Assembly: GCA_965204345.1 (NCBI GenBank)
Contig: OZ241981.1
Span: forward strand, 1,504,001-1,568,000
Direction of reading: 5' to 3'
From: Nitrosopumilus sp.
Lineage (GTDB): Archaea; Thermoproteota; Nitrososphaeria; Nitrososphaerales; Nitrosopumilaceae
Length of the DNA stretch: 64,000 bases
The translations under genes were made by a program, and so were the position numbers. Positions within the stretch are counted from its first letter, which is position 1, and every line of letters starts with the position of its first letter. The notes under the pieces were generated by a model that was not told the DNA's origin, did no database searches, and worked only from the letters and a program-made list of their open reading frames with translations. Below, piece by piece: positions 20,011 through 30,909 of the stretch.

Positions 20011-21308
20011 TATTGTAGCCCTCCCGGTCCTAGCACTCCAGCGTAAAGCAAACCGAGTGCAATAAAGATGTTAACGAATGCCAGTCCGATTAACTTGGTC
20101 CAGCCAAGACTTAGTAGCATGTCAATTCTAATTCTTGGGAAGACGCCTCGTGGCAGCAAGATGAAGAATATGACTGCAACAGTCTTTAGGACAAACCAAA
20201 GTGTGCCATTAAGCATTGCTTGATCAAATAACGGCAATCCTGGGAACGGTCCTACAGTAACAGGACCCATCTCAATTCCCTCAAGAAGTTCTGCTGGGAA
20301 TGGGGGAACAACCATGGGGCCATTCCAGCCGCCTAGGAAAATTACAACAAACAAGCCGGCAAACGCATACAGTTTGAGATACGTTCCTAGCTGAACAAGG
20401 CCATACATCATTCCAGATAACTCAGTTAGCCATCCGGCCACAATCTCACTCTCTGCTTCGGGCAGATCAAACGGAATTCTTTCCAACTCTGCAAGCATTG
20501 TGATAAAAAATACAATTGCACCAACTGGCAAAAATACAATCCATGGGAAGCTAGACTGGCTTGCAGCAATTTCAGACAAGTTAAGCGAGCCAGTCAACAT
20601 TACAACTCCCAATAAGGATAAAATCAACGGAATCTCAAATGAAACCATTTGGAATAGCGCCCTGATTCCGCCAATGAATGGGAACTTGCTATTTGCAGAC
20701 CAAGCAGAAAGAATTGTGATAATTGGGAAAAATCCAATAACTGCAAAGACACCAAGCAGTCCCATCTCCACATCTGCGACTACCCAGCCTGGTGCAACGG
20801 GAATAAACGCAACAAATGATGCTGCAGCAGCTACAAACAGTACAGGAGCCGCCCAGAAAATAGGCTTGTCGGCCTTTGCAGGAATGATAATTTCCTTTGA
20901 GATTAATTTCAGGCCGTCACCCATTAGTTGCAAGATGCCTTCAAACTTGCCACAGTAAAAGGGACCTACCCTTAACTGTAACTTTGCAAGCATTTTTCTC
21001 TCAACAAAGATTGTTGCAGCTGCTAGCAATGCAGCAAATCCAAATCCAGGAAATGCCATTACTCTGAACATATCAGTTGCCATAAAGGCGTGAACTATCG
21101 GAAGAACGCGTGAGGGATCTGCCAACCAGGTAAATGCAAGAAATGGCGTAAGCAGTTCACCGTCAATAACAGGCATCTCAACTACAAATAGAACCATCAT
21201 TACTGCTGGAATGCCAATCAAAACAGCTATCAAAACTATCCAAAATACATTATCAAGCAGTGATTTGATGAATTCACTTAGCTTAAAGTTTGGTGCAATA
21301 ACAGACAT
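20010..21308 (-). CDS. nuoH: Complex I subunit H
   Basis: ERKMLAKLQLRVGP, RIPFDLPEAESE and PRIRIDM motifs. Confidence 0.95.
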   Translation of the reverse strand: MSVIAPNFKLSEFIKSLLDNVFWIVLIAVLIGIPAVMMVLFVVEMPVIDGELLTPFLAFTWLADPSRVLPIVHAFMATDMFRVMAFPGFGFAALLAAATIFVERKMLAKLQLRVGPFYCGKFEGILQLMGDGLKLISKEIIIPAKADKPIFWAAPVLFVAAAASFVAFIPVAPGWVVADVEMGLLGVFAVIGFFPIITILSAWSANSKFPFIGGIRALFQMVSFEIPLILSLLGVVMLTGSLNLSEIAASQSSFPWIVFLPVGAIVFFITMLAELERIPFDLPEAESEIVAGWLTELSGMMYGLVQLGTYLKLYAFAGLFVVIFLGGWNGPMVVPPFPAELLEGIEMGPVTVGPFPGLPLFDQAMLNGTLWFVLKTVAVIFFILLPRGVFPRIRIDMLLSLGWTKLIGLAFVNIFIALGLLYAGVLGPGGLQ

Positions 21309-22444
21309 TATCGGTCAGCCTCCACCGGCCAGTAATTCAGACTCCAATAAACAGATGGCATGTTGCCAAGTTTTTCACCTCTGAGGAGGTTTGGCAAGGC
21401 AATGAGATTTCTAAAAGACGGCACACTCATCTTTACCCTGTATGGCTCCACCTTGCCATCAGAGACAATGTAGCAACCCAAGGAACCCCTGCCTGATTCC
21501 ACGCGTTTGTACACAGAATCAAGGCCCTTGCCTTTTGGATTTGGTTTTAGTTTGGTTCTAACAGAGCCTGACTTTGGCATTTTTTGCAATGCCTGTCTGA
21601 TGATGTTGCAGCTTTCTAACATGTCAAGCCACGGGACTTTGGATCTTGCATAAGAATCCCCTTCTTTCATCACATTGGTATGAACGTCTAGCTCATCGTA
21701 GACATCGTATGGCTCCTTTACTCTGAGATCATAATCCACACCGCTGGCACGTAATACAGAGCCGGTGGTACCGTATCTAATTGCATCCTGCCTTGACAGA
21801 ATTCCGGTATCTCTGGTTCTTGAAATCAGAATGGGATTGTCATAAAATACCGCAGCATACTCTTTGATACGCTTCTCAAAATAGTTGACCTGACGCAGGC
21901 AGACATCCTCAAAGTTTGGAGGCAAATCATTTCTGACTCCGCCTGGAATAAAGTGGGCATGTGTTACCCTGGCACCGGTCATCTTTTCCATAAGATCAAT
22001 TAAGAGCTCACGATCACCGGCAGGCCACATAAACATAGTCGAGTGTCCCAAGAAGATTCCATAGATTGCGAGCCAGTACATGATGTAGATACATCGGTTT
22101 AGTTCAGATGCAATGACTCTAACGTATTTTGCACGCTCTGGAACTTCTATCCCAAGCAGCTCTTCTGCGCCCAAGACATATGGATAAAGCACATTACACG
22201 AATCATGAATTACCGGTCTTTCCAAATGGGGGATATTTAGAATATAATTTCTGTACTCTGCCATCTTTTCTTCTCCACGATGGACATATCCTGGATCTGG
22301 ATCACATGCAACAATATAATCACCGTCAATCTGTACAACAATTCTCATATGGCCAGAACCTGGATGCTGCGGTCCGACGTTGAGAGTCATTATTCTTTCA
22401 TCGACTTTTTGGAGTGCCAATCCGGGTGGTAAATTCATAGTCAT
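21308..22444 (-). CDS. nuoD: Complex I subunit D
   Basis: NVGPQHPGSGH and GYVHRGEEK motifs; C-terminal EADR. Confidence 0.95.
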   Translation of the reverse strand: MTMNLPPGLALQKVDERIMTLNVGPQHPGSGHMRIVVQIDGDYIVACDPDPGYVHRGEEKMAEYRNYILNIPHLERPVIHDSCNVLYPYVLGAEELLGIEVPERAKYVRVIASELNRCIYIMYWLAIYGIFLGHSTMFMWPAGDRELLIDLMEKMTGARVTHAHFIPGGVRNDLPPNFEDVCLRQVNYFEKRIKEYAAVFYDNPILISRTRDTGILSRQDAIRYGTTGSVLRASGVDYDLRVKEPYDVYDELDVHTNVMKEGDSYARSKVPWLDMLESCNIIRQALQKMPKSGSVRTKLKPNPKGKGLDSVYKRVESGRGSLGCYIVSDGKVEPYRVKMSVPSFRNLIALPNLLRGEKLGNMPSVYWSLNYWPVEADR

Positions 22445-22446
22445 CT

Positions 22447-23046
22447 CTATCTGCCCTTTATTGCAAAGTCCTTTCTAAGCGGTGGTAAATCTGCCCAGTC
22501 TTCTGGCAAGAGCAGTCGTCTGTTGTCAGGATGGCCTTCAAAGTACACGCCTAACATCTCAAAAACTTCTCTTTCATGAAATTCTACACTGTAAAATACG
22601 TCCCTAAGGGTTGGAAGTTTGGTGGCATCATTTCCGGGAATTGGATTTGTCTCTCTTTGTGCCCTTGTAGCCAAAACTAGAATCTGTCTTGCTAATGAGG
22701 AATCAGTGTATGATCCTATGTGGTACACAACCTCAATTTCGTTATCTGCAGGATAATCTACACCTGATACAGATTCAACATGGTCATAATTTAGTCCGTC
22801 ACGAATGAACTCGGCAACATCGTGAACATCTTCCCTGCTTACGTTAATTCTGACTCTGTCCTCTTTTACAAATCCCACTTTGACTTTATCACCAAATTTT
22901 TCAACAATTTTCTCAGAAATCCCCTTTTCAAACGCAGGTAACTCCACAGGAGGCGCTTCGGGTTTCTTTGGCGCAGGTTTGGGTGGAGGCGGCGCTTTTA
23001 CTTCAGGCTTGGCATCTGCAGGAGGATTTTCTGTTTTAGTACTCAT
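22447..23046 (-). CDS. nuoC: Complex I subunit C
   Basis: EREVFEMLGVYFEGHPD and PLRKDF motifs. Confidence 0.94.
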   Translation of the reverse strand: MSTKTENPPADAKPEVKAPPPPKPAPKKPEAPPVELPAFEKGISEKIVEKFGDKVKVGFVKEDRVRINVSREDVHDVAEFIRDGLNYDHVESVSGVDYPADNEIEVVYHIGSYTDSSLARQILVLATRAQRETNPIPGNDATKLPTLRDVFYSVEFHEREVFEMLGVYFEGHPDNRRLLLPEDWADLPPLRKDFAIKGR

Positions 23047-23570
23047 TATACAAACTTCCTAGCCTTCATTCTCTTGATCTTTTCTTGCAATAGCATACAT
23101 CCTTGGATGAGAGTTTCAGGTCTAGGTGGGCAACCCGGAACATAGACATCAACTGGAATAACTCCGTCAATTCCCGGAAGTACGTTGTACGAATCAAAAT
23201 ACAAGCCTCCAGTAATTGCACAAGCTCCCATGGCAATCACATACTTTGGTTCTGGCATTTGATCATAAACTAGCCTGAGACGTGGCGCCATTTTTCTTGT
23301 AATGGTTCCCTGAACAACTACAAGATCACATTGTCTAAGTGAACCAAACGCTTCGATGATACCAAATCTTTCAACATCATATCGCGGACTAGATGCTGCA
23401 CCAAATTCTACACTGCAGCAAGCTGTTTCAATGTGGACAGGCCAGAGCGACCAAATTCTACCCCAGTTAATGGCATAGCCCAATGGTTTATCAATTGCTT
23501 TTTCTAAAATGTCTCCTAGCTTTCCTACAAAGACATTTGCATTTTCTGGTGTTACCAAATCTTTGAGCAA
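23046..23570 (-). CDS. nuoB: Complex I subunit B
   Basis: TACCSVE, MGACAITGG and VPGCPPRPE motifs. Confidence 0.95.
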   Translation of the reverse strand: MLKDLVTPENANVFVGKLGDILEKAIDKPLGYAINWGRIWSLWPVHIETACCSVEFGAASSPRYDVERFGIIEAFGSLRQCDLVVVQGTITRKMAPRLRLVYDQMPEPKYVIAMGACAITGGLYFDSYNVLPGIDGVIPVDVYVPGCPPRPETLIQGCMLLQEKIKRMKARKFV

Positions 23571-23610
23571 TCTTATCCCCTATCCTCGTAAATGCCATTT
23601 ATATAAAAAA

Positions 23611-23985
23611 CTACCATATCCTTCTTCTCCCTGACTGATATAATGCAAATGCCATTGCACCAAACATAATTGCCAAGAATCCCATCATTGGCAGGGTTGC
23701 CATCTTTGGAATCTCTAGGAGGGCACTCCCCCATGCATACAAGAAAATTGCCATGACATCAAATACGACAAACATGAGAATATACGGGTAATACTGCATC
23801 ATAAAATGGGTCCTTCCCTCTCCTGTTGGGACTTGGCCACATTCCATTGGCAAAAATTTTACCGGATTGCTTCGTTTTCGGGGAGAGATCATTCTTGAAA
23901 TAACCAGAGCTGGAGCCATAGCTACTATACCAAACGCAAACATCAACACAACGGTACTATAATTGCCCGCTAATTCCCCGACCAA
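23611..23985 (-). CDS. nuoA: Complex I subunit A
   Basis: ECG and YYPYILMFVVFDV motifs; three TM segments. Confidence 0.93.
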   Translation of the reverse strand: MVGELAGNYSTVVLMFAFGIVAMAPALVISRMISPRKRSNPVKFLPMECGQVPTGEGRTHFMMQYYPYILMFVVFDVMAIFLYAWGSALLEIPKMATLPMMGFLAIMFGAMAFALYQSGRRRIW

Positions 23986-24098
23986 TTTAGCTTTTCACCC
24001 TAATTTTTGTATAAAAAGGTATGTTTCGTTTTTAGATCAAAATCTGAAAAAAATCATTTTTGAAAAGGACTTAATAGGATAACATCAGCAATGCGATC

Positions 24099-24563
24099 AT
24101 GTCACTAAATGTAGGGGATGCCGCTCCGGGATTTGAGCTTCCAGATACCGAATTGAAATTACGGACTCTGGATGAATTTAAAGGCGGAAAAATCGTCCTG
24201 TCATTTATAGTCGCAGCAAGTTCCCCTGTATGTGAGGCAGAACTTTGTACGTTTAGGGATTCTTGGAAAGAAATTTCAGACACGGGTGCCAAAGTGATTG
24301 CAATCAGCAATGACGGCCCTTTTGCAAACAAGGCATTTGCAGAAAAACACAGCTTTAACTTTCCATTATTGGGCGATTATACAAGTAAAACAATTCGGGA
24401 CTATGGTATCTTGATGCCTGACTTGCTTCACATCAAAGACTACAATGCAGCAAAGCGTTCTGTATTCATAGTTAACGAGGATGGAAAAATTGGTTACAAA
24501 TGGGTTTCAGAGGATCCATTAAAAGAACCAGATTATGACGAAATTAAAAATTTCTTAAAATAA
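24099..24563 (+). CDS. Peroxiredoxin (AhpC/TSA, BCP-like)
   Basis: VGDAAPGFELPD, PVCEAELC and AKRSVFIV motifs. Confidence 0.9.
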   Translation: MSLNVGDAAPGFELPDTELKLRTLDEFKGGKIVLSFIVAASSPVCEAELCTFRDSWKEISDTGAKVIAISNDGPFANKAFAEKHSFNFPLLGDYTSKTIRDYGILMPDLLHIKDYNAAKRSVFIVNEDGKIGYKWVSEDPLKEPDYDEIKNFLK

Positions 24564-24575
24564 AAGACAAAAACC

Positions 24576-25088
24576 TTATTCCAGGTCGGTAATGACGTCA
24601 CCCTTGGCGACAGTTACACCTTCCTTGATTTTGAGATTTCTAACAACGCCATCCTTGTGTGCTTTTACTGCAACTTGCATCTTCATGGATTCCAAAGTAC
24701 AGACAACATCCCCCTTTTTGACTGAGTCATCCTCGGCAACTGCAATGGATACAACTTTGCCTGGAATCTGACTTTTTAGTGCCAGTTGGGCGCTACTAGT
24801 ACCGCCGCCGGAGTTTTTGAAGACAATCTCATCAAAATGCGTGTTCATGTTTAGCGTAATTGGAACATGATCAACTACAAGATTCATCTGATTGGTCAGG
24901 GTTTGAAGATATTTTGCCTTGTGATACTGCTGGTCTAGGATAAATTCGATTCCCCCTGCATCCATGTTGATAATTCTTAGCTGATGTTCCTTGTCGTTTA
25001 TCCTAATTACGTAATCATTGTTGCCCAAGTTTTCAACAATTCTCCCCTCAAATGATTTCTCAGCATCAGATATCTTATAGTCCATCAA
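24576..25088 (-). CDS. accB: Biotin carboxyl carrier subunit of acetyl/propionyl-CoA carboxylase
   Basis: ESMKM biotinylation motif; in operon with accC and pccB. Confidence 0.92.
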   Translation of the reverse strand: MMDYKISDAEKSFEGRIVENLGNNDYVIRINDKEHQLRIINMDAGGIEFILDQQYHKAKYLQTLTNQMNLVVDHVPITLNMNTHFDEIVFKNSGGGTSSAQLALKSQIPGKVVSIAVAEDDSVKKGDVVCTLESMKMQVAVKAHKDGVVRNLKIKEGVTVAKGDVITDLE

Positions 25089-25091
25089 TCA

Positions 25092-26582
25092 TCAATCCAG
25101 TTTGTTTTTCCACGTTGCAGCAGTACCGGTACTGCTGTTTTGAACTCTGTCTTTAAAGTATTCAGAATAAATTACGGCTGCAGCCACTGCTGCCTTGCCC
25201 TTCTCCTCCCTTTCCCTCTTGAGATCCCCCGATAACCTGTTAATCATATCGTAACGCTTCAAAAAGTCAGTTGAAAGTTCTCCCTTTTTGTATTCCTCAG
25301 AGCTTAGAATTGTTTTGTAAAGGGGAATGGATGTCTCTACGCCCTGAACGTACATGTCATTTAATGCAGTAAGCATCCTTGTTCTGGATTCCTCAAATGT
25401 TGGTCCCCATGTACAGAGTTTTGCCATCAACGAATCATAAAATGGGGATACTGTGCACCCTGGATAAAGATACGTGTCACATCTGACGTTTGGTCCTGCA
25501 GGAATGGTTACGTCCGGAACAGGTCCCGTTGAAGGTGCAAAGTCCAAAAATGTATCTTCTGCATTGATCCTGCACTCGATGGCATATCCGTTCATCTTTA
25601 GATCTTTTTGTTTGAATGGAAGCGGTTCCCCATTTGCAATATCAATTTGCAGTTTAACAAAGTCCAACCCCGAGACCATCTCACTGATGGGATGCTCTAC
25701 CTGGAGCCTTGCGTTAATCTCAATGAAATAAAATTCCCCAGAATCTGCTCTTAGGAATTCTGCCGTGCCAAGATTGGTATAATCAACGGCGTTTGCTGCC
25801 TTGACAACCAATTCGCCAATCTCTTCTCTTTTTGCTTCATCGACTACGGGAGACGGGGTCTGTTCAATTAATTTTTGATTCCGTCGTTGAATGGAGCATT
25901 CCCTCTCAAAGAGATGCACTGCGTTTCCGTGATGATCCCTGCACATTTGGTACTCTATGTGCCTTGTCTTTTCCAGGAATTTTTCAACAATGATTGCAGA
26001 TTTTCCAACAGCGGCAATGGATTCAGATGTTACTGTTTTAAAGCCCTCCTGCAGTTCCTTGTCAGTAGTAACTAGCCTGATTCCACGACCTCCGCCGCCA
26101 TAGACTGATTTTAAAAGTACGGGATAACCTATCTCATTTGCAATTTTTTCTGCCTCGTCTGCATCCTTTACCAGCCCCGGACTTCCGGGTACTGTTGGAA
26201 CTTGGGCTTTTAGCATTGCAGCTTTGCATTCCATCTTGTCGCCGCACAGGTTCATAGAGTCCGCAGAAGGCCCGATGAAATTGATCTTATTTTTTTCACA
26301 CAGTCTTGCAAAGTCGTCATTTTCAGAAAGAAAGCCATATCCTGGATGTATGGCATCTGCGCCTGCAGATAACATAACCTGAAGAATCTTTTCTTGGTTT
26401 AGATATGACTTTGCAGGAGCTGCCTCTCCAATATGATAAGACTCGTCGGCTTTCTTAACATGCAACGAGTTGTAATCCTCATCAGAATATACTGCAACAG
26501 TCTTGATTCCCAGCGCATTGCATGTTCTGATTACCCTAAGAGCAATCTCCCCTCTGTTTGCGATTAGTACCTTTTCAATCAT
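25092..26582 (-). CDS. accC: Biotin carboxylase subunit (3-hydroxypropionate/4-hydroxybutyrate cycle)
   Basis: ANRGEIA, HPGYGFLSEN, GGGGRG, ERECSIQRRNQK and RLQVEH motifs. Confidence 0.96.
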   Translation of the reverse strand: MIEKVLIANRGEIALRVIRTCNALGIKTVAVYSDEDYNSLHVKKADESYHIGEAAPAKSYLNQEKILQVMLSAGADAIHPGYGFLSENDDFARLCEKNKINFIGPSADSMNLCGDKMECKAAMLKAQVPTVPGSPGLVKDADEAEKIANEIGYPVLLKSVYGGGGRGIRLVTTDKELQEGFKTVTSESIAAVGKSAIIVEKFLEKTRHIEYQMCRDHHGNAVHLFERECSIQRRNQKLIEQTPSPVVDEAKREEIGELVVKAANAVDYTNLGTAEFLRADSGEFYFIEINARLQVEHPISEMVSGLDFVKLQIDIANGEPLPFKQKDLKMNGYAIECRINAEDTFLDFAPSTGPVPDVTIPAGPNVRCDTYLYPGCTVSPFYDSLMAKLCTWGPTFEESRTRMLTALNDMYVQGVETSIPLYKTILSSEEYKKGELSTDFLKRYDMINRLSGDLKREREEKGKAAVAAAVIYSEYFKDRVQNSSTGTAATWKNKLD

Positions 26583-26588
26583 GCCTGA

Positions 26589-28136
26589 TCACAAATTGAT
26601 ATTTCCATGTTTGCGCGGAAGTTGTTTTTCTCGTTTGTTTGCAAGCATTTCAAGTGCCTTTATCAGCATAGGTCTTGTTTGAGCAGGATCAATGACATTA
26701 TCTACGGTTCCATGAGAGGCTGCAACATAAGGATTTTCAAATTTTTCTGCAAACTCGTCAATTAACTGCTTTTTTAGCGATTCAGGATCATCTGCTGCCT
26801 CTATCTCTTTTCTGGACATGATTTTGACGGCAGCTTCTCCGCCTAGTACGGCACATCTTGCAGTTGGCCAGGCATAATTGACATCAGTTCTGAGATTTTT
26901 GCTTCCCATTGCAATGTATGCACCGCCATATGCCTTTCCAATTACCAAGGTTATTCGAGGAACGGTTGCCTCACAATACGCATAAAGCAGTTTGCTGCCA
27001 TGTCTGATGATTCCGTTATGCTCTTGGTTTGAACCCGGCATGTATCCGGGAGTATCTACCAAAGTGATTATTGGAATGTTAAAGGAATCACAAAACCTGA
27101 TAAAACGCGCCGCCTTGTTTGACGAATCAATGTCAAGCGCACCGGCAAGATGCATTGGGTTGTTGGCAATAATTCCTACTACCTGTCCGTTCATTCTTCC
27201 GTAACCCACTACAACATTTGGCGCAAAGAGTTCGTGTACTTCAAAGAATTCATGACTGTCTACAATCGAATTGATGATCTCCTTCATGTCATAAGGCTGT
27301 AAGGGATTTTCAGGAATAATGTTGATGAGACTGTGATCCAATCTGTTTGGATCATCGTCATTTTTGGTTTTTGGCGGCTGTTCGGTGTTGTTTTGCGGAA
27401 GAAATGAGATTAATTTTTTTATGTAATCCATACACTCGTATTCGTTTTGTGCAACAAAATGTGCAACGCCACTCTTTGAACCATGCGTCATTGCCCCGCC
27501 AAGATCATCAAATGAAATTTCCTCACCTAGCACAGTCTTTACTACATCGGGGCCTGTAACAAACATGGTTCCCACTTTTTCTACCATGATGACAAAGTCA
27601 GTCATTGCAGGAGAATAAACAGAACCGCCTGCAGAGGGTCCAATGCTTGCAGTAATTTGTGGGACGACTCCAGAAGCTAATTGATTGTGATAAAAGATGT
27701 CTGCAAATCCGTCAAGACTCATTATGCCTTCTTGGATTCTAGCTCCGCCAGAATCCATAATTCCAATTATTGGACACCCGGTTCTGACTGCATGATCCAT
27801 CAGTTTGGTAATCTTTTTGGCACCCATCTGACTTAGGGTTCCACCCAGCACGGTAAAATCATAGGCAAAAACAAAGATCTGTCTTCCATTGACGCTTCCA
27901 TAGCCGCAAACCACGCCATCACTATAGAATTTTTTCTTCTGCATGTCATATTCGTGGTAATGATGCGTAGTCAATGGATCAATTTCAGTAAACGTGCCCT
28001 CATCAAGCAAAAGATTGATTCTCTCACGGGCAGTCAGTTTTCCCTTGTCATGCTGGGCCTTGATTCGATCTTGGCCCCCGCCTTGTAGTGCGATGTTGTT
28101 TTTTTTGGTATATTCTTCAATCTTTTCAGAATGCAC
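26589..28136 (-). CDS. pccB: Acyl-CoA carboxylase carboxyltransferase subunit
   Basis: GKLTARERI, DSGGARIQEG, KAYGGAY and KHGNINL motifs. Likely GTG start at 28136. Confidence 0.95.
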   Translation of the reverse strand: MHSEKIEEYTKKNNIALQGGGQDRIKAQHDKGKLTARERINLLLDEGTFTEIDPLTTHHYHEYDMQKKKFYSDGVVCGYGSVNGRQIFVFAYDFTVLGGTLSQMGAKKITKLMDHAVRTGCPIIGIMDSGGARIQEGIMSLDGFADIFYHNQLASGVVPQITASIGPSAGGSVYSPAMTDFVIMVEKVGTMFVTGPDVVKTVLGEEISFDDLGGAMTHGSKSGVAHFVAQNEYECMDYIKKLISFLPQNNTEQPPKTKNDDDPNRLDHSLINIIPENPLQPYDMKEIINSIVDSHEFFEVHELFAPNVVVGYGRMNGQVVGIIANNPMHLAGALDIDSSNKAARFIRFCDSFNIPIITLVDTPGYMPGSNQEHNGIIRHGSKLLYAYCEATVPRITLVIGKAYGGAYIAMGSKNLRTDVNYAWPTARCAVLGGEAAVKIMSRKEIEAADDPESLKKQLIDEFAEKFENPYVAASHGTVDNVIDPAQTRPMLIKALEMLANKREKQLPRKHGNINL

Positions 28137-28236
28137 AGTATCTAAACCAAACATGGTTTCATATATTAATTTAGTTTGAAAATAGACACGTGCAAGATTT
28201 TTACAAAAATCTGCTGATCGTTGTTTTTTTAGAATT

Positions 28237-28548
28237 TCAAGTGTTAAGAATTGGGAATTTCTTGCTGACAAACTTTTGATATGTGCTAAAAGCATCCTTT
28301 TCCTCACTACATCTCTTACATATGCATAATTGAGAGACGTTTGGAATGTCACAATTTTCTAGAAATTCACATTGAGGGCATCCGGCAGGCCCTCCACACA
28401 CGATACACTGTAATTCGTCAGTTTGGGCACATTTCTCATGTTTTACGCCCAGTCCTTTTGCCCAAAGGCCAATCTCATTAACAGATATCTTCCCGTTGCA
28501 AACAATGCAGGTACCGGGAAATTTCATGGGAATTTTTCTCCAACTCAT
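28237..28548 (-). CDS. Small Cys-rich putative zinc-binding protein
   Basis: CIVC, HEKC, CIVC, CPQC and CICKRC motifs; overlaps the RFC stop codon. Confidence 0.75.
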   Translation of the reverse strand: MSWRKIPMKFPGTCIVCNGKISVNEIGLWAKGLGVKHEKCAQTDELQCIVCGGPAGCPQCEFLENCDIPNVSQLCICKRCSEEKDAFSTYQKFVSKKFPILNT

Positions 28549-29702
28549 TTTATCAATTCAATCTCCTTCTCAATGATATCCCCAAAAGTTTCCTCTAATT
28601 CCAACTCAAGCGTCTTATTTTTGATGCAAAATAAGACATATGGCAAGCACAGGGTAACAAAAGAACTAGAGGACAGGTGCAGTTTTCTTGCCATAACAGA
28701 CGACAGTGATCTTATTTTTGCACCATCCCAGCGGATTCGATTCAGTAATGGCCACGATAGATTGTATTGGGAATACCTGACTCTATCATCATTCTGGTAT
28801 AGTTTTACTAGGATATCATTCAAGTACCGAAGCAGTCTCCAGTTTTGGGTTTGCATAATCCTCCCAAAAAGCATGTCGGCACTAGATAATATCTTTAAAT
28901 ATTTTGCAAGAGCAGTACTGTCCAACTCGCTTGTTATTATGCTAGAATAAAATGCGTTAATCTTTTCTCTGGGATCAATCTGCATCGCATAAAGAACACT
29001 CTTGGCCTCCTCAGCTGAATTTGCTTTAAAGAACGCATTTACTCCGTCTGCAACGTTAATCCTCTCAAAAGACTGATCAGTCTGTGGATTAAATCCGGTA
29101 ACCAAAGACTGTGCAAGGTTAATCATTGAGCGAATATCCCCTTTTGATTTGTCAATAACCTTGATTAGGGCGCCCGGACTCAGCTTTGCACTCTGTTTTT
29201 TTAAGATGTTTTCAAGATAGACTCGCAGTAATCTGGGAGGAATTTTTTTGAACCGGATTGTTTTGACCACTTTTTTGATACCTTTCATTTTATCAGAGGC
29301 ATCACTATTTGCAGCAAGAACTATGGGTACGGTGGGCTCTTTTAGAATATCTACAAGTGCAGATGCCCCACCATAGTCACTACGACCGTGAATTCCATCG
29401 ACTTCGTCTACAAAAATCATGGGAATTCCCATAACGCTGACATTGGCCAAGACAGGCGTAAGAATCTCGTTTATTCTTGACTTGCTTCTCACATCGCTGG
29501 CATTAAGCCCGATCATGTCATACCCAAACTGCTTGGCAACAAGATATGCAATTGTAGTTTTTCCAGTACCTGGAGGACCAACTAAAAGTAGGGGCTTTGT
29601 ACCCCTTTTCCACTTGACAAACCACTCAGTAATAGCCGCACGTGCATCCTCATTTCCCACCATATCAGAAATTATCTGAGGTCGGTATTTTTCAGACCAC
29701 AT
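28545..29702 (-). CDS. rfcL: Replication factor C large subunit
   Basis: MWSEKYRP, GPPGTGKTT, LNASDVRS, DEVD and GDIR motifs. Confidence 0.9.
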   Translation of the reverse strand: MWSEKYRPQIISDMVGNEDARAAITEWFVKWKRGTKPLLLVGPPGTGKTTIAYLVAKQFGYDMIGLNASDVRSKSRINEILTPVLANVSVMGIPMIFVDEVDGIHGRSDYGGASALVDILKEPTVPIVLAANSDASDKMKGIKKVVKTIRFKKIPPRLLRVYLENILKKQSAKLSPGALIKVIDKSKGDIRSMINLAQSLVTGFNPQTDQSFERINVADGVNAFFKANSAEEAKSVLYAMQIDPREKINAFYSSIITSELDSTALAKYLKILSSADMLFGRIMQTQNWRLLRYLNDILVKLYQNDDRVRYSQYNLSWPLLNRIRWDGAKIRSLSSVMARKLHLSSSSFVTLCLPYVLFCIKNKTLELELEETFGDIIEKEIELIK

Positions 29703-29710
29703 CAATGCAA

Positions 29711-30826
29711 TCACTTGGGAAGTTTGGATTGATATTCGGCCCACTTGCCGGCCTTTTGTAATTTGTTATACCAATATTGATTGTAATGCTCTACAGTCAG
29801 AAACAAAAATTCCAAGAATTCCTTGTGAGAAAAATCATCAGGCAACAATTCAAGTGTAAGTCGTGCATCCTGTAAATACAGATTGCTTTTCTCCAGCGTA
29901 ACTTCAAATCCTTTTTTCACATCACCAGCTAACAATGAATAATAAAGCGGCCAGGAAGGTATTTTTACAAATCCGTTTTTAATAGAGTCCTCGATCTCAT
30001 TTCCACACCCAACGCCTTCGGCGGCTCGTGCCATCCCCAAATAGAAAATTTCACCTAGTGGCCTTTCTGCCAAAGCCATGTTTTTCCCGGCCGTTCCCAT
30101 TACTGCACGATACTTTTTGTAAGAGAGGGACATCTCTTCCTCAGTAATTTCAGCAGGCCTTGACTTTAATTTTTCATCCAGGTATTGGCCAACTCTTGCA
30201 TCCTCAAAACCGGCCTCAAACTCTTTTAGTACTTGCTCACCGCCCTTGGAGATCTTGTCCCTAGCCAATCTCAAAATATACGGATTCATTAGCTTATAGT
30301 CATCCAGGAATTCCAAATCCTCATCCTTGTCTACAATCCTGTCCATAGGCTCGCTTAGATCAATTGCCATGATGTGTCCCTCAACCATATCCTGCTTTAA
30401 TTGCGGATCATCTCTTTTAGAATATTCTGCTGCTGCATCAAACAATCCGTTAAAGACAGGAAAAGTCATCTTTACAAAATTTGAATTTAGTATTCGATTT
30501 ACCCTGTCTTGCATGACATCAGGGCTTTCCAATTTTGATTTTATAGGCTCAATTTCAGATGCGTTTAGGATAATTTCAGTAGAGCCAACTTCGTTGCCAA
30601 ATGCCTGCTGAGTTGCATTGGGATCAGTATCGGATTTTATCTCATGCAACAGGCCTTGGGCAAATCTTTGTGCAAAAGATGTAAACTGATCTTCTGTCTC
30701 TTCTTTGTATCTGTTAAACAACTTGAAGCCCTTTGACTTGAACAGAGCTTGTTTGAGAATCTGCTTTCCAGGCTTTGTACTCATCAAAGATTCCTTACTG
30801 ATTACGGACTCATCCTTGCCACTCAC
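29711..30826 (-). CDS. Conserved hypothetical protein (helical)
   Basis: Long ORF with core-genome-like composition, co-oriented with rfcL; no motif recognised. Confidence 0.7.
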   Translation of the reverse strand: MSGKDESVISKESLMSTKPGKQILKQALFKSKGFKLFNRYKEETEDQFTSFAQRFAQGLLHEIKSDTDPNATQQAFGNEVGSTEIILNASEIEPIKSKLESPDVMQDRVNRILNSNFVKMTFPVFNGLFDAAAEYSKRDDPQLKQDMVEGHIMAIDLSEPMDRIVDKDEDLEFLDDYKLMNPYILRLARDKISKGGEQVLKEFEAGFEDARVGQYLDEKLKSRPAEITEEEMSLSYKKYRAVMGTAGKNMALAERPLGEIFYLGMARAAEGVGCGNEIEDSIKNGFVKIPSWPLYYSLLAGDVKKGFEVTLEKSNLYLQDARLTLELLPDDFSHKEFLEFLFLTVEHYNQYWYNKLQKAGKWAEYQSKLPK

Positions 30827-30909
30827 AAGCGTTAAGCTTCCTTATTGTTATTTATGCTTTCAAGCTAAATATTTTCTTCACTTAAATTACGAGTGGCCGG
30901 TTTTGCATT

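Noticed and set aside
13584-23985. Complex I lacking nuoEFG, with order K-M-L-N, as a novelty
   Set aside because: This is the standard arrangement in ammonia-oxidising archaea.
28137-28352. N-terminal extension of the carboxyltransferase in the ORF track
   Set aside because: Overlaps the upstream Cys-rich gene and the promoter region; the family-like sequence starts near GTG 28136.
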